IMG/VR virus record: IMGVR_UViG_3300037400_001903 | Coordinates: 1-64,000 of that record | Direction: 5' to 3' (one strand) | Source of the DNA: a virus | Taxonomy: Duplodnaviria > Caudoviricetes | Length of the DNA: 64,000 nt | Part shown: in pieces, positions 27,107 to 34,806 of the stretch | Layout of the letters: each line of letters begins with the position of its first letter | How positions within the stretch are numbered: the stretch's first letter is position 1 | Notes under the pieces: model-generated | Seen by the model: only the letters and a program-made list of their open reading frames with translations | What the model was told of the DNA's origin: nothing | Databases searched by the model: none | Made by a program: the position numbers and the translations under genes

Positions 27107-27293
27107 CTTCTTCTACCTCTTCAAATATATGTTCATCATTCATTTTGAGTATATTATATAATGTATCATTAGTGTCAATTATTTTAGCGTCTTTTATATC
27201 TGGACTATATACATTCCCATCAAAATCACTTGTTTCATAATACATTTTTTGTTTTTTCTTATTATCAATACGATATACAATTACTTTACTCAT
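27099..27293 (-). CDS. Hypothetical protein, ~64 aa
   Basis: Operon packing; ATG at 27293. Confidence 0.6.
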   Translation of the reverse strand: MSKVIVYRIDNKKKQKMYYETSDFDGNVYSPDIKDAKIIDTNDTLYNILKMNDEHIFEEVEEDE

Positions 27294-27519
27294 TTTCAAG
27301 TTCCTCCTTTGTTAATATCTCAAACTTATGGCACCAAATATATGGAAAATCAATTTTATATTCTCTTAAAAGTTTATCTCCTAGCTCTTCATTATGGTTA
27401 GCATAAGCATTAAAGATTTCAATGTATCTTTCATCTTCTTCTAATACTCCGGTATAATTTGTGGTTAACTTTTCAAATGTAATTTTAAAGCCTAAATCTA
27501 AAAATTCTTGTAATAACAT
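27286..27519 (-). CDS. Hypothetical protein, 77 aa
   Basis: SD AAGGAG, operon packing. Confidence 0.65.
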   Translation of the reverse strand: MLLQEFLDLGFKITFEKLTTNYTGVLEEDERYIEIFNAYANHNEELGDKLLREYKIDFPYIWCHKFEILTKEELENE

Positions 27520-27520
27520 A

Positions 27521-28102
27521 TTATATCATCTCCTTTAAAACAACTTTTCTGACCTCAATAGTTTTATCGCCATTTAAGATTTTACACATCCATTGTGGTT
27601 GAATTGAGATTAAAACCTTTTTTATCAACTGCATATTATATGTTCCACTAAAACCTAATTCACTTATTAAATCATAAGCATACATCATATTTTGTGGTGC
27701 TTTATCAATGGTTTTCCAATTATTTATATCATTATATATACCATCAAATTTATAATAATCACTTAATTCTTTTGACTTATCAAATATGTGTAAGTTCTTG
27801 ATGTGGATTGCATAACCATCTTTACCACCTAAATAATCAGCCAATTCACAATAAGATAAACAACTATATTTCAAAATTTCTTTTTCTCTTAATGTATTAG
27901 TAATATAATCTTCATCTAAATATAAACTTTTAGTTAATCTTATTTCTTCAACTTCAAAATCACATTCAGCAACTATTTTGCCATTTAAGTGCCATTCTTG
28001 TATTCCATCACTTATAACACAACTAGGATAAACACTTCCATCATTTCCTTGTGTAATATAAGGCTTTGCTTTAGTGCAATATAATAATAGTTTCTTTTTC
28101 AT
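27521..28102 (-). CDS. ASCH/PUA-like domain protein, apparently circularly permuted
   Basis: LLLYCTK, NGKIVAEC, SCL..CEL..YL, GYAIHIKNLHIFD, APQNMMYA come first; the normally N-terminal VLISIQPQW..KILNGDKTIEVRK motif is at the C-terminus. Start re-assigned to ATG 28102. Confidence 0.7.
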   Translation of the reverse strand: MKKKLLLYCTKAKPYITQGNDGSVYPSCVISDGIQEWHLNGKIVAECDFEVEEIRLTKSLYLDEDYITNTLREKEILKYSCLSYCELADYLGGKDGYAIHIKNLHIFDKSKELSDYYKFDGIYNDINNWKTIDKAPQNMMYAYDLISELGFSGTYNMQLIKKVLISIQPQWMCKILNGDKTIEVRKVVLKEMI

Positions 28103-28103
28103 A

Positions 28104-28364
28104 CTACTCACTCTTGTCCTTTTCGTCTTCATCTTCAAACTCAACCTCTACCCCTCGCACTGTAACAGATTTCACAGGAACAGGCGGAAGCTCTTTGAGT
28201 AGCCCTTCAATTAAATCCTTGTTCCAACCATTAAATGTCTTACCATTTATTACTACAAAGTTATTATAGTACTCTATAGTATGTGGCCCCTTTAGAAGTT
28301 CCTCCACTTCTATAGTTTGTCTTGCCCTATTAGTGATATAGGAACTTGAAAATATATCTTGCAT
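28104..28364 (-). CDS. Hypothetical protein, first gene of the leftward small-gene operon
   Basis: SD GGAGGT before ATG 28364. Confidence 0.7.
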   Translation of the reverse strand: MQDIFSSSYITNRARQTIEVEELLKGPHTIEYYNNFVVINGKTFNGWNKDLIEGLLKELPPVPVKSVTVRGVEVEFEDEDEKDKSE

Positions 28365-28380
28365 GTTTACCTCCATAATC

Positions 28381-28399
28381 CCTGGGCGTTTACCCCAGG
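28381..28399 (-). other. Conserved hairpin copy 1 (CCTGGG-GTAAACG-CCCAGG)
   Basis: Perfect 6-bp stem; loop identical to copies at 29395 and 29929. Confidence 0.85.
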
Positions 28400-28413
28400 C
28401 TCATTGTACTTAT

Positions 28414-28442
28414 ATTATAGCACGAGGAATGACAAATGTCAA
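28414..28442 (-). promoter_or_regulatory. Consensus sigmaA promoter of the leftward small-gene operon
   Basis: TTGACA-17 nt-TATAAT, perfect consensus. Confidence 0.9.
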
Positions 28443-28458
28443 GGGGAATGACAAATGT
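28426..28458. repeat. Tandem 14-bp direct repeat GGAATGACAAATGT flanking the -35 box (operator-like)
   Basis: Exact copies at 28426-28439 and 28445-28458 (19-bp period); the ATGACAAA pair recurs at 29481 and 29500. Confidence 0.75.
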
Positions 28459-28740
28459 TTTTGAGAAAGTTGTCTAGGGGTGAATTGGAATTTTCCAAAA
28501 ATTCTGTGGGGCGTGCTAAAATTATATTATGTTGATGTTGTTTCCCAATTTAATATTATATTATGTTGGGTGTTGATGTTTAATTAGGGGGTGTCCCTCA
28601 ACCTAAAGAGAGACAAACCCAAAATATATTCAACAACTAAACAACTCAATAAGAATATATTTTACTAAGACTAAGGTATTATATATTTTTGTTAAGATAT
28701 AAAACTCATAGACATTTAGTCTATTTAATCTCATAGATAT

Positions 28741-29035
28741 TTTATCACCACCTCTCCGTAATTGATTTGCGAGAAGCCATAGTGGCGTTTGAACGTGTCA
28801 ATGAATGAACGGAAGATTAAGACTTGCTCGAGCAGTGATGTGACGTAAGAAAGATTCCCTGAGCACAGGAGAACATTCGCATGTCCAGAACCGTATCGAG
28901 ATGCCCCTGGTTGTTTGCTAGTGAGCTGATGGTCAAGAGGTAGCCTTGAATCAAACACGTTACCTACTGGTGGTGATAACTTTCTGTCCGCGATGGACGG
29001 ACACTTGGGATTCCCAAGCTTAAGTCATAGAAGCT
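28741..29035 (+). ncRNA. Putative structured RNA element 1 (GC-rich, multi-stem)
   Basis: 11-bp closing stem TTATCACCACC (28742-52)/GGTGGTGATAA (28969-79), several internal hairpins, two strong 3' hairpins; markedly more GC-rich than its flanks. Strand uncertain. Confidence 0.5.
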
Positions 29036-29063
29036 TAGTCCCTTAGAGGAGAAAGGAAATAAT

Positions 29064-29393
29064 ATGACAAAGAATGAATTTGTTTTAACTTTAACTATAG
29101 CTATTGGTGAGGCATTTGCACGTCACGTAGCTGCTGCAGCTAAGACTCCTGAAGGTAAGAAGCCAGCTTATGTTCGCCCTGTAAAGATGAAGAATTATTT
29201 TTCAGATGAAGATGCTCCAAGCTGTCTTGACTATGTACCTGACGAAGACTTCATATCAGTACGTTATTATGATGGAAATTATGTTATTACTTTTTTCGCT
29301 ACTAACGGATTCGATTTTACTATTAAACACAGTGACTATTGGTTATGTGTTAATAAGTTTACTGAATATTTCTTAGCTATCTATAAAGCCTAG
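29064..29393 (+). CDS. Hypothetical protein, 109 aa
   Basis: SD GAGGAG/AAGGA; codon style like the + strand cluster. Confidence 0.75.
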   Translation: MTKNEFVLTLTIAIGEAFARHVAAAAKTPEGKKPAYVRPVKMKNYFSDEDAPSCLDYVPDEDFISVRYYDGNYVITFFATNGFDFTIKHSDYWLCVNKFTEYFLAIYKA

Positions 29394-29394
29394 T

Positions 29395-29413
29395 GACGAG
29401 CGTTTACCTCGTC
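29395..29413 (-). other. Conserved hairpin copy 2 (GACGAG-GTAAACG-CTCGTC on - strand)
   Basis: Perfect 6-bp stem with a different sequence and the same 7-nt loop. Confidence 0.85.
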
Positions 29414-29422
29414 TGAAAATGT

Positions 29423-29920
29423 GGAACCCTAGTGTTACAAAATTGGTATAAGCTAGGTTCCATTTTAAAAGTCATCAGAAATGACAAATGTCTCTCATGA
29501 TGACAAAATAAAAACGGACCCTGGTGTTTTAAAATCAGTTAAGCTAGGTTCCTTTTGCACTTTTTCTGGCAAAAATGAGCTTGCACTCTTATTAGTCGAG
29601 TGCTAAAATATATTCTCACGTTGTTTTACTTCGGTTTGAGTGTGTGTTTTGTGTCGAGTGTGTTAGCATTTTGGTAAAAATACACCCTATCAAGCCTATG
29701 AAAACGACTGAAAATATATTGAAAACTCGTTTTTATATAAAAAAGTACCATTTGGAACCTAGCTTGTTCGAAATTGGAACGCTCAGGTCCGTTTTAAAAA
29801 AACTTTTTCTGTATATACATTTGTTCCCTAGACCTTTAAAACAATAGGGTATCATTTATTCTACAGGAAAAGTTTTTTGGATTCGGACCCTACTGCTTTA
29901 ATTTTAAAACAATAAGGTCC
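29423..29920. repeat. Cluster of degenerate ~38-bp quasi-palindromic repeats (CGGACC...AAGCTAGGTTCC); candidate origin/packaging region
   Basis: Copies at 29423-29461 (+), 29515-29552 (+), 29754-29791 (-), weaker copy at 29884-29920 (+) and a partial copy near 29824-29853 (-). Confidence 0.7.
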
Positions 29921-29928
29921 CCTATAAA

Positions 29929-29947
29929 GCTGGCGTAAACGGCCAGC
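29929..29947 (+). other. Conserved hairpin copy 3 (GCTGGC-GTAAACG-GCCAGC)
   Basis: Perfect 6-bp stem and the same loop, opposite orientation to copies 1 and 2. Confidence 0.85.
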
Positions 29948-30039
29948 AATTAGAATGTTTTTTATTTAATATTCAACCAATAGGAACGATTGAAATATAT
30001 CGCTCCTATCATTGAGTATTAAATTACTCACTGCTAGTA

Positions 30040-30350
30040 CAGGTTAAGAGCTTGCTAAGCAATTAAGGAGGTGATGGCTTTGTCCTCATCAGAAGTTCAA
30101 GGTGCAGTCGTAGACTGTAGTTCAAACACTTTATGCCTTTTGGTAGGCATTCTATCAGGAGGCTAGACATTCTGGTAAGTGTTTGAGGAATCTTCAACTC
30201 GGTGCATACCGTTTTGTGTTGAAGATATTTGATTGTTGATTACTTTTTTGTTGGTTCGATTGTATTAGAGCAGCAAACAGATGAAGCTGATAGTCTCTTG
30301 CTGCTTAGGTCTGGTATTCTTTCCTTGCTAAAGAATATCTCAGCACATTC
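30040..30350 (+). ncRNA. Putative structured RNA element 2 / leader of the + strand cluster
   Basis: Stems TGCAGTC/GACTGTA, TCAAACACT/AGTGTTTGA, ATGCCT/AGGCAT, ATCTTCAAC/GTTGAAGAT enclosing CGGT/ACCG, GAGCAGCAA/TTGCTGCTT, TATTCTTT/AAAGAATA; G.U pairs favour the + strand. Confidence 0.5.
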
Positions 30351-30389
30351 TCTTAAATAAAATATATAGAAAAGGTAAGGTAAAATAAA

Positions 30390-30653
30390 ATGAAAAACAA
30401 TAAGAGAAACGTAGTGAATTTTTTAGGAACAACTAACACTTATAAAGGAGAGCAAGTAGGCTCTATGGCTTATTATGCTAAGAAGGCTGAGGAAAGAAAT
30501 GAAGCACGTAGCTTTCAAGAATTTTTCAGTAATAATTATTCTTCAAAGGTTATTAAGACTGATGAAGATATTGAAGAAGCAGCAGTTAATGCTCTTCAAG
30601 GTTCAGACTTTGAGTCTGAGTATTTAGAATATTTATTAGGAGGTAAGAGATAA
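30390..30653 (+). CDS. Hypothetical protein, 87 aa
   Basis: First ORF of the + cluster; coupled to the next gene. Confidence 0.7.
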   Translation: MKNNKRNVVNFLGTTNTYKGEQVGSMAYYAKKAEERNEARSFQEFFSNNYSSKVIKTDEDIEEAAVNALQGSDFESEYLEYLLGGKR

Positions 30654-31027
30654 TGCCTATATTTTATACTAAGGATTTAACTATTAATGAGTTAAAGAAA
30701 GAAAAGAATTTAACTCTAAAAGAGTTAGAAAAAATAGTTGGTGTTGATTATACTATTTTATCTAAAATTTCTAACGGCTATCAGCCTTTAACAGAAGATA
30801 TTATAGAAAAGTTTAGATATGCTTTTCCTGATATCTGCATAGTTGCTAAGTCTAAGAAAGAAATCATCGCTGAGTTAGAAGCCGAGAATGCTTATTTAAG
30901 AAATAGGGTTGCTATATTAGAAGAAGCAATCTCTGTTGCTTATGGAAAAGCTTTTCCTGCTGGATATGAACAAGATTTAGACCACGAACGTTCATGGGGC
31001 CCTGACCCTAGAAAGGAGGAAGATTAA
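30653..31027 (+). CDS. XRE-family helix-turn-helix regulator
   Basis: INELKKEKNLTLKELEKIVGVDYTILSKISNG HTH pattern followed by a coiled coil. Confidence 0.85.
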   Translation: MPIFYTKDLTINELKKEKNLTLKELEKIVGVDYTILSKISNGYQPLTEDIIEKFRYAFPDICIVAKSKKEIIAELEAENAYLRNRVAILEEAISVAYGKAFPAGYEQDLDHERSWGPDPRKEED

Positions 31028-31028
31028 T

Positions 31029-31337
31029 ATGCCTATTACAGATATTTCTTCTATTGATTTAGAAAAAGAGATAGATAATTTCACTAAAGAGTTAGTGAGA
31101 TTTACTGTTACTATGCTTCATTTTTTCAAACCTGAAGAGTTCTTTGATGTATTAACTGATAAGTTATACTCATATTTATCATGTGTTGAAGATATGTATA
31201 AAGTTAATATCATCAATGAACTCAACAAGTTTTATATAGCTGAACATCATCCTGAGATGTTTGAAGCTATATCTAAAAAGCTTGAGAAATTGTCTGAAGA
31301 TGAAGACGAAGAAACTTATTATAAGGAGGAACAATAA
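31029..31337 (+). CDS. Hypothetical protein, 102 aa
   Basis: SD AGGAGG. Confidence 0.75.
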   Translation: MPITDISSIDLEKEIDNFTKELVRFTVTMLHFFKPEEFFDVLTDKLYSYLSCVEDMYKVNIINELNKFYIAEHHPEMFEAISKKLEKLSEDEDEETYYKEEQ

Positions 31338-31338
31338 T

Positions 31339-31785
31339 ATGAAACTTTTAATTGATTGGAGATTTAATTCTCAAGGTCAAGCTTATACTGCTTGCTGCAT
31401 TCTAGACAAATTTGAGACTGATGAGTTCTTTACTTATCAGGATTACTTACATTTATTTCCTACAGGAAACATTGTAGGTATTTGCGATTCTAAAGGTAGG
31501 CTTATACCTAATAGATATGGTATAGACCTATCTAAATATTCTGATTCTTTACAACTTAATTCTTTATGCTCTACTTGTAAGCATAAAGATAATTGTAAGA
31601 ATCATAAGAATATTATAGGCGACTGCCCTGTTAGACAGTTCGCTGCTAAAGCTTTATCCGCATCTGATTTTATAAAGGATGCTTATTATAAAGCTTTAGA
31701 TGAGCTTGTATCACTAGCTGATACATATTTCAAAGCTGCCATTTTATTTGACCCTGTAAAGAATATCTTGAAAGGAGGTGAATAG
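31339..31785 (+). CDS. Hypothetical protein with Cys cluster (CSTCKHKDNC...CP)
   Basis: Start re-assigned to ATG 31339 after SD AGGAGG. Confidence 0.7.
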   Translation: MKLLIDWRFNSQGQAYTACCILDKFETDEFFTYQDYLHLFPTGNIVGICDSKGRLIPNRYGIDLSKYSDSLQLNSLCSTCKHKDNCKNHKNIIGDCPVRQFAAKALSASDFIKDAYYKALDELVSLADTYFKAAILFDPVKNILKGGE

Positions 31786-31786
31786 A

Positions 31787-32056
31787 ATGATGTATAATTA
31801 TTTTATGTTAATTGCTGAATTGATTTCTTTTTCTGAAGAGGAGGTTGTTGTATCTTATACACATCCTTCTCCTAATAGTGATGGTGTAAGAGAGACAACT
31901 GAGATAGCTGTTATCTCTTCACCTTTATTTTTTGAAATGTTACAGGAAATTCCTGTACATTCACTTATATCTATTAGAGGAAGAATTAGTGTTGACCTTT
32001 TAGGTAACACTATTCTTGTTGCTGAAAGAATACTTGCAATGAAAGGAGGTGAATAA
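31787..32056 (+). CDS. Divergent short SSB-like OB-fold protein
   Basis: NSDGVRETTEI...SLISIRGRI...TILVAERI resembles the SSB N..G...TDFI...GD...GR....VVAE pattern; no acidic tail. Confidence 0.5.
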   Translation: MMYNYFMLIAELISFSEEEVVVSYTHPSPNSDGVRETTEIAVISSPLFFEMLQEIPVHSLISIRGRISVDLLGNTILVAERILAMKGGE

Positions 32057-32057
32057 T

Positions 32058-32582
32058 ATGGCTAAGGTTGACAAATCTTGTGCAAGACTTACTAAAGTTC
32101 TTGCTGAAAAATTTGGTAAGCTAATTCATGATGCACCTAATGAAGCTATCCGTGCTAAGCTTAGAAAGTGTAATGCTTTCGGTAAGCATGCAAAGGATGC
32201 TTTAGCTGGTGTAGAAATTCCTGAGCATGTTGCTCAGAGAATGTATGAATTAATCAACAAATGTATTAACGATTGGTCTGACCAATATGTTAATGCTTTT
32301 TATGATGCATTAATTCAAGAGGATGTCGAAGAGAAGCAGATGTCTTTAGAGTTAGAAACTTCTAATTCTGAAGAGACTGTTTCTGAAACAGAGACTCTTG
32401 AGTTAGTTGATGATAATGGTGTTAAGCATACAGTTGTTGTGAGCAACAAACCTTATCATTATGTTGTCATAATGAGACCTGATGGGTCTTATTATCAGCA
32501 AGAAGTTGATGCTGATACTTTTGATTTGAAAGATTTTGAATCAAGATTATCTATTGGTTATGCTGTTATTCAATACGTTTAA
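32058..32582 (+). CDS. Hypothetical protein, ~174 aa
   Basis: SD AGGAGGT; ATG 32058. Confidence 0.75.
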   Translation: MAKVDKSCARLTKVLAEKFGKLIHDAPNEAIRAKLRKCNAFGKHAKDALAGVEIPEHVAQRMYELINKCINDWSDQYVNAFYDALIQEDVEEKQMSLELETSNSEETVSETETLELVDDNGVKHTVVVSNKPYHYVVIMRPDGSYYQQEVDADTFDLKDFESRLSIGYAVIQYV

Positions 32583-32763
32583 TCGTATTTGAATATAAAT
32601 TTAAGGTCATAAAATCTATGGTAGGTTGGGAAACCTTAGGGTCTAAGCGTAAAGACATTCCTTTCTTTATAGATAAAATGATTAAAGATTCCTTTGACCT
32701 TTTTTTATTTTTCTTCCTATAAAATTTGAAAGTATTATAGGAAAGATTTTTATGAGGTGTCGT

Positions 32764-33243
32764 ATGAAAAAGACTATCGTTGAAAAAAGTAAATTTGCTC
32801 AAGCTTTAAAGCTTGACGTTAACACAGCAACTCGTGAAGAGATGGCTGCTGCACTTCTTGTTCTTAATGATTTATCATTAAAAGTTCAAGCACAAATTAA
32901 AAAGGTTACTTATACTCTTGAGATGGAGAATGCTCGTCTTCTTCAAACTAGTATGTTTGATGATGAAGAGTTTAGTAACGCTGTTAATACAGTCACATTC
33001 ACTGAAGAGACTACAACTATCTATCATGTAGATAGAGATGCTGTATTATCTGCAGCTGGTGTTAAGTCTGTGAAGTATGATGACTGCGTAGAATCTCGTG
33101 CTATTGTAAAGGCTGAAGAGATTATTAAGCGTCATAAAGCAGGTACTCTTGACCCTAAGTATGCATCTGCAATATCAACTAATGATATTCATCAGGTTGC
33201 TATGGCTTTCGGTGAAGAGTCAAAAGAAGAGGAAAGCAAATAG
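32764..33243 (+). CDS. Hypothetical protein, ~159 aa
   Basis: SD GAGGTG; ATG 32764. Confidence 0.75.
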   Translation: MKKTIVEKSKFAQALKLDVNTATREEMAAALLVLNDLSLKVQAQIKKVTYTLEMENARLLQTSMFDDEEFSNAVNTVTFTEETTTIYHVDRDAVLSAAGVKSVKYDDCVESRAIVKAEEIIKRHKAGTLDPKYASAISTNDIHQVAMAFGEESKEEESK

Positions 33244-33254
33244 GAGGTATAAAC

Positions 33255-34802
33255 ATGGAAAGATTTGCTAATATTAATGCTATGTTGGGAGTAGGTATGC
33301 TCCCTTTATTTGAACTAAAGTCTGGTAATAGATTATTAGTTCTTTGTGATAACTCTAAGGTTATCATTGAAGTTCCTATCGTAGAATCTGGTAAGAGTTT
33401 CTACGGTTATGTCAATACTAGTAATGAACAATTAGAGACAGCTATCTCTAATTTCATCACTGATAATTTTAAGTCTACATATCCTGATATGACTCGTAAG
33501 GTTACTATCAAGACTAAGCCTTATGCTTTTACTGCTGATGATTTTATTGTTACAGGTATTGCTAAACAATCTGTTGGTGGTTTACAAAAGTATACTTATT
33601 ATGAGAAGCTTTTGGCACCAGAAGGATTTGATTTCTCTGCATTTAAGAAGTCAGTAGTTGTTTCTACTGCAAGAGATTATTCTGCTTGTCAATTAGATGA
33701 GGAAGCTCAGATGGTTCTTAAAGATAACGCAGCAGTCTTCAGTTATTTTACACCTAATATAAATGACTGGGCTGACAATGTTAAGCTTGCTTATTATGCT
33801 GTTCAACAAGGCAAGGTTAATCTTGTTATCTTTAAGGGACCAGCTGGAACTGGTAAATCAATTCTTGCTAGAGAGTTTGCTTATCTAATGAAAGCTCCTC
33901 TATTATCTATGCAGTGTACTGATGGAACAACTGCTGATGATTTGATGGGTAAAGCTGTAGTTAATACTGACCCATCTGTTCCTGGTCAATTTACTTATGC
34001 ACTTGGACCAGTTCTTAAGTGTAGAAATAAAGGTTGGCAACAACTTCTTGATGAAGGTAATATGTCACAAGCTAACTGTATCAATATCCTTAACCAGTTT
34101 GGTGATGATACTAATATTATTGAATGGGATGGTAAGTCTTATACTTGTTCTCCTAACTTTGTATTGTATTTCACAATGAACTCTGGTTATGAAGGAACTA
34201 ATTCATTAAACGCTGCTTTAAAATCTAGAACTATTGTTGTAGATGTTCCTAGATTAACTAAGACAGAGTTTGCTGATAGACTTTTTACTTATGTAACTAA
34301 TAAATTATCAGCTACATTAAGTAAGGATTTCTGTAAAGAGGTATTTTCTTTTACAGAATATATGCAAGAGACTGCTAAAAAGTTTGCAGAGAATGTAGAG
34401 TTCTGTATCAGAAATGGGCAAAAGTTATGTGCTTTAGTTTTAACTAAGGCTTGTAGTGAAAGTGAATTCACTGCTGCAGTTTATGAATCTTATGTAGATT
34501 TCTTATCTATGGATAATGATAACACTGACACTTTAAATATTTTAAAGCAGTCTGTTGAAATGAAAGACAAGATTAAGAAACTATATAATCTTTATGATTA
34601 TAAGGTTGTTGAATCTGTTGATGAGTCTAAGTTATTCAGCTTTGATGATGTTCTATTTATTGATGATGAAGATTCATCTTCAAATACAACTACATCAGGT
34701 TTTACTTCTAATGAATCATCTTCATTTGATGAGGACTTAGATGATTTAGATAATTTCTTGAATAGTGATGCCAAAGAAATAAATGAAAATGAGGAGGCTT
34801 AA
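33255..34802 (+). CDS. MoxR/CbbQ-like AAA+ ATPase
   Basis: Walker A GPAGTGKS, Walker B LLDEGN, FTMNSGYEGTNSLNAALKSR sensor/Arg finger; long N-terminal extension and acidic tail. Confidence 0.9.
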   Translation: MERFANINAMLGVGMLPLFELKSGNRLLVLCDNSKVIIEVPIVESGKSFYGYVNTSNEQLETAISNFITDNFKSTYPDMTRKVTIKTKPYAFTADDFIVTGIAKQSVGGLQKYTYYEKLLAPEGFDFSAFKKSVVVSTARDYSACQLDEEAQMVLKDNAAVFSYFTPNINDWADNVKLAYYAVQQGKVNLVIFKGPAGTGKSILAREFAYLMKAPLLSMQCTDGTTADDLMGKAVVNTDPSVPGQFTYALGPVLKCRNKGWQQLLDEGNMSQANCINILNQFGDDTNIIEWDGKSYTCSPNFVLYFTMNSGYEGTNSLNAALKSRTIVVDVPRLTKTEFADRLFTYVTNKLSATLSKDFCKEVFSFTEYMQETAKKFAENVEFCIRNGQKLCALVLTKACSESEFTAAVYESYVDFLSMDNDNTDTLNILKQSVEMKDKIKKLYNLYDYKVVESVDESKLFSFDDVLFIDDEDSSSNTTTSGFTSNESSSFDEDLDDLDNFLNSDAKEINENEEA

Positions 34803-34806
34803 TATT

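Noticed and set aside
28876-28905. GAACCGTAT...GGTT resembling group II intron domain V
   Set aside because: Too short, no AGC/CGC triad or AC bulge, no DVI and no RT/maturase gene.
28731-28958. 75-aa ORF on the - strand and 67-aa ORF at 29644..29847
   Set aside because: No SD, atypical composition, and overlap with structured or repeat elements; likely spurious.
28961-28980. TACCTACTGGTGGTGATAA resembles a lambda operator
   Set aside because: No lambdoid CI/Cro immunity context; better explained as the 3' arm of the closing stem with 28742-28752.
29423-29552. Two direct ~38-bp repeats separated by ~53 bp, as a possible CRISPR array
   Set aside because: Only two degenerate direct copies, other copies inverted or irregularly spaced, no cas genes; the Cas4-like nuclease sits in the replication module.
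30095-30110. CTGATGAG on the - strand (hammerhead core)
   Set aside because: No stem II followed by GAAA, and the G.U pairs favour the + strand for this region.
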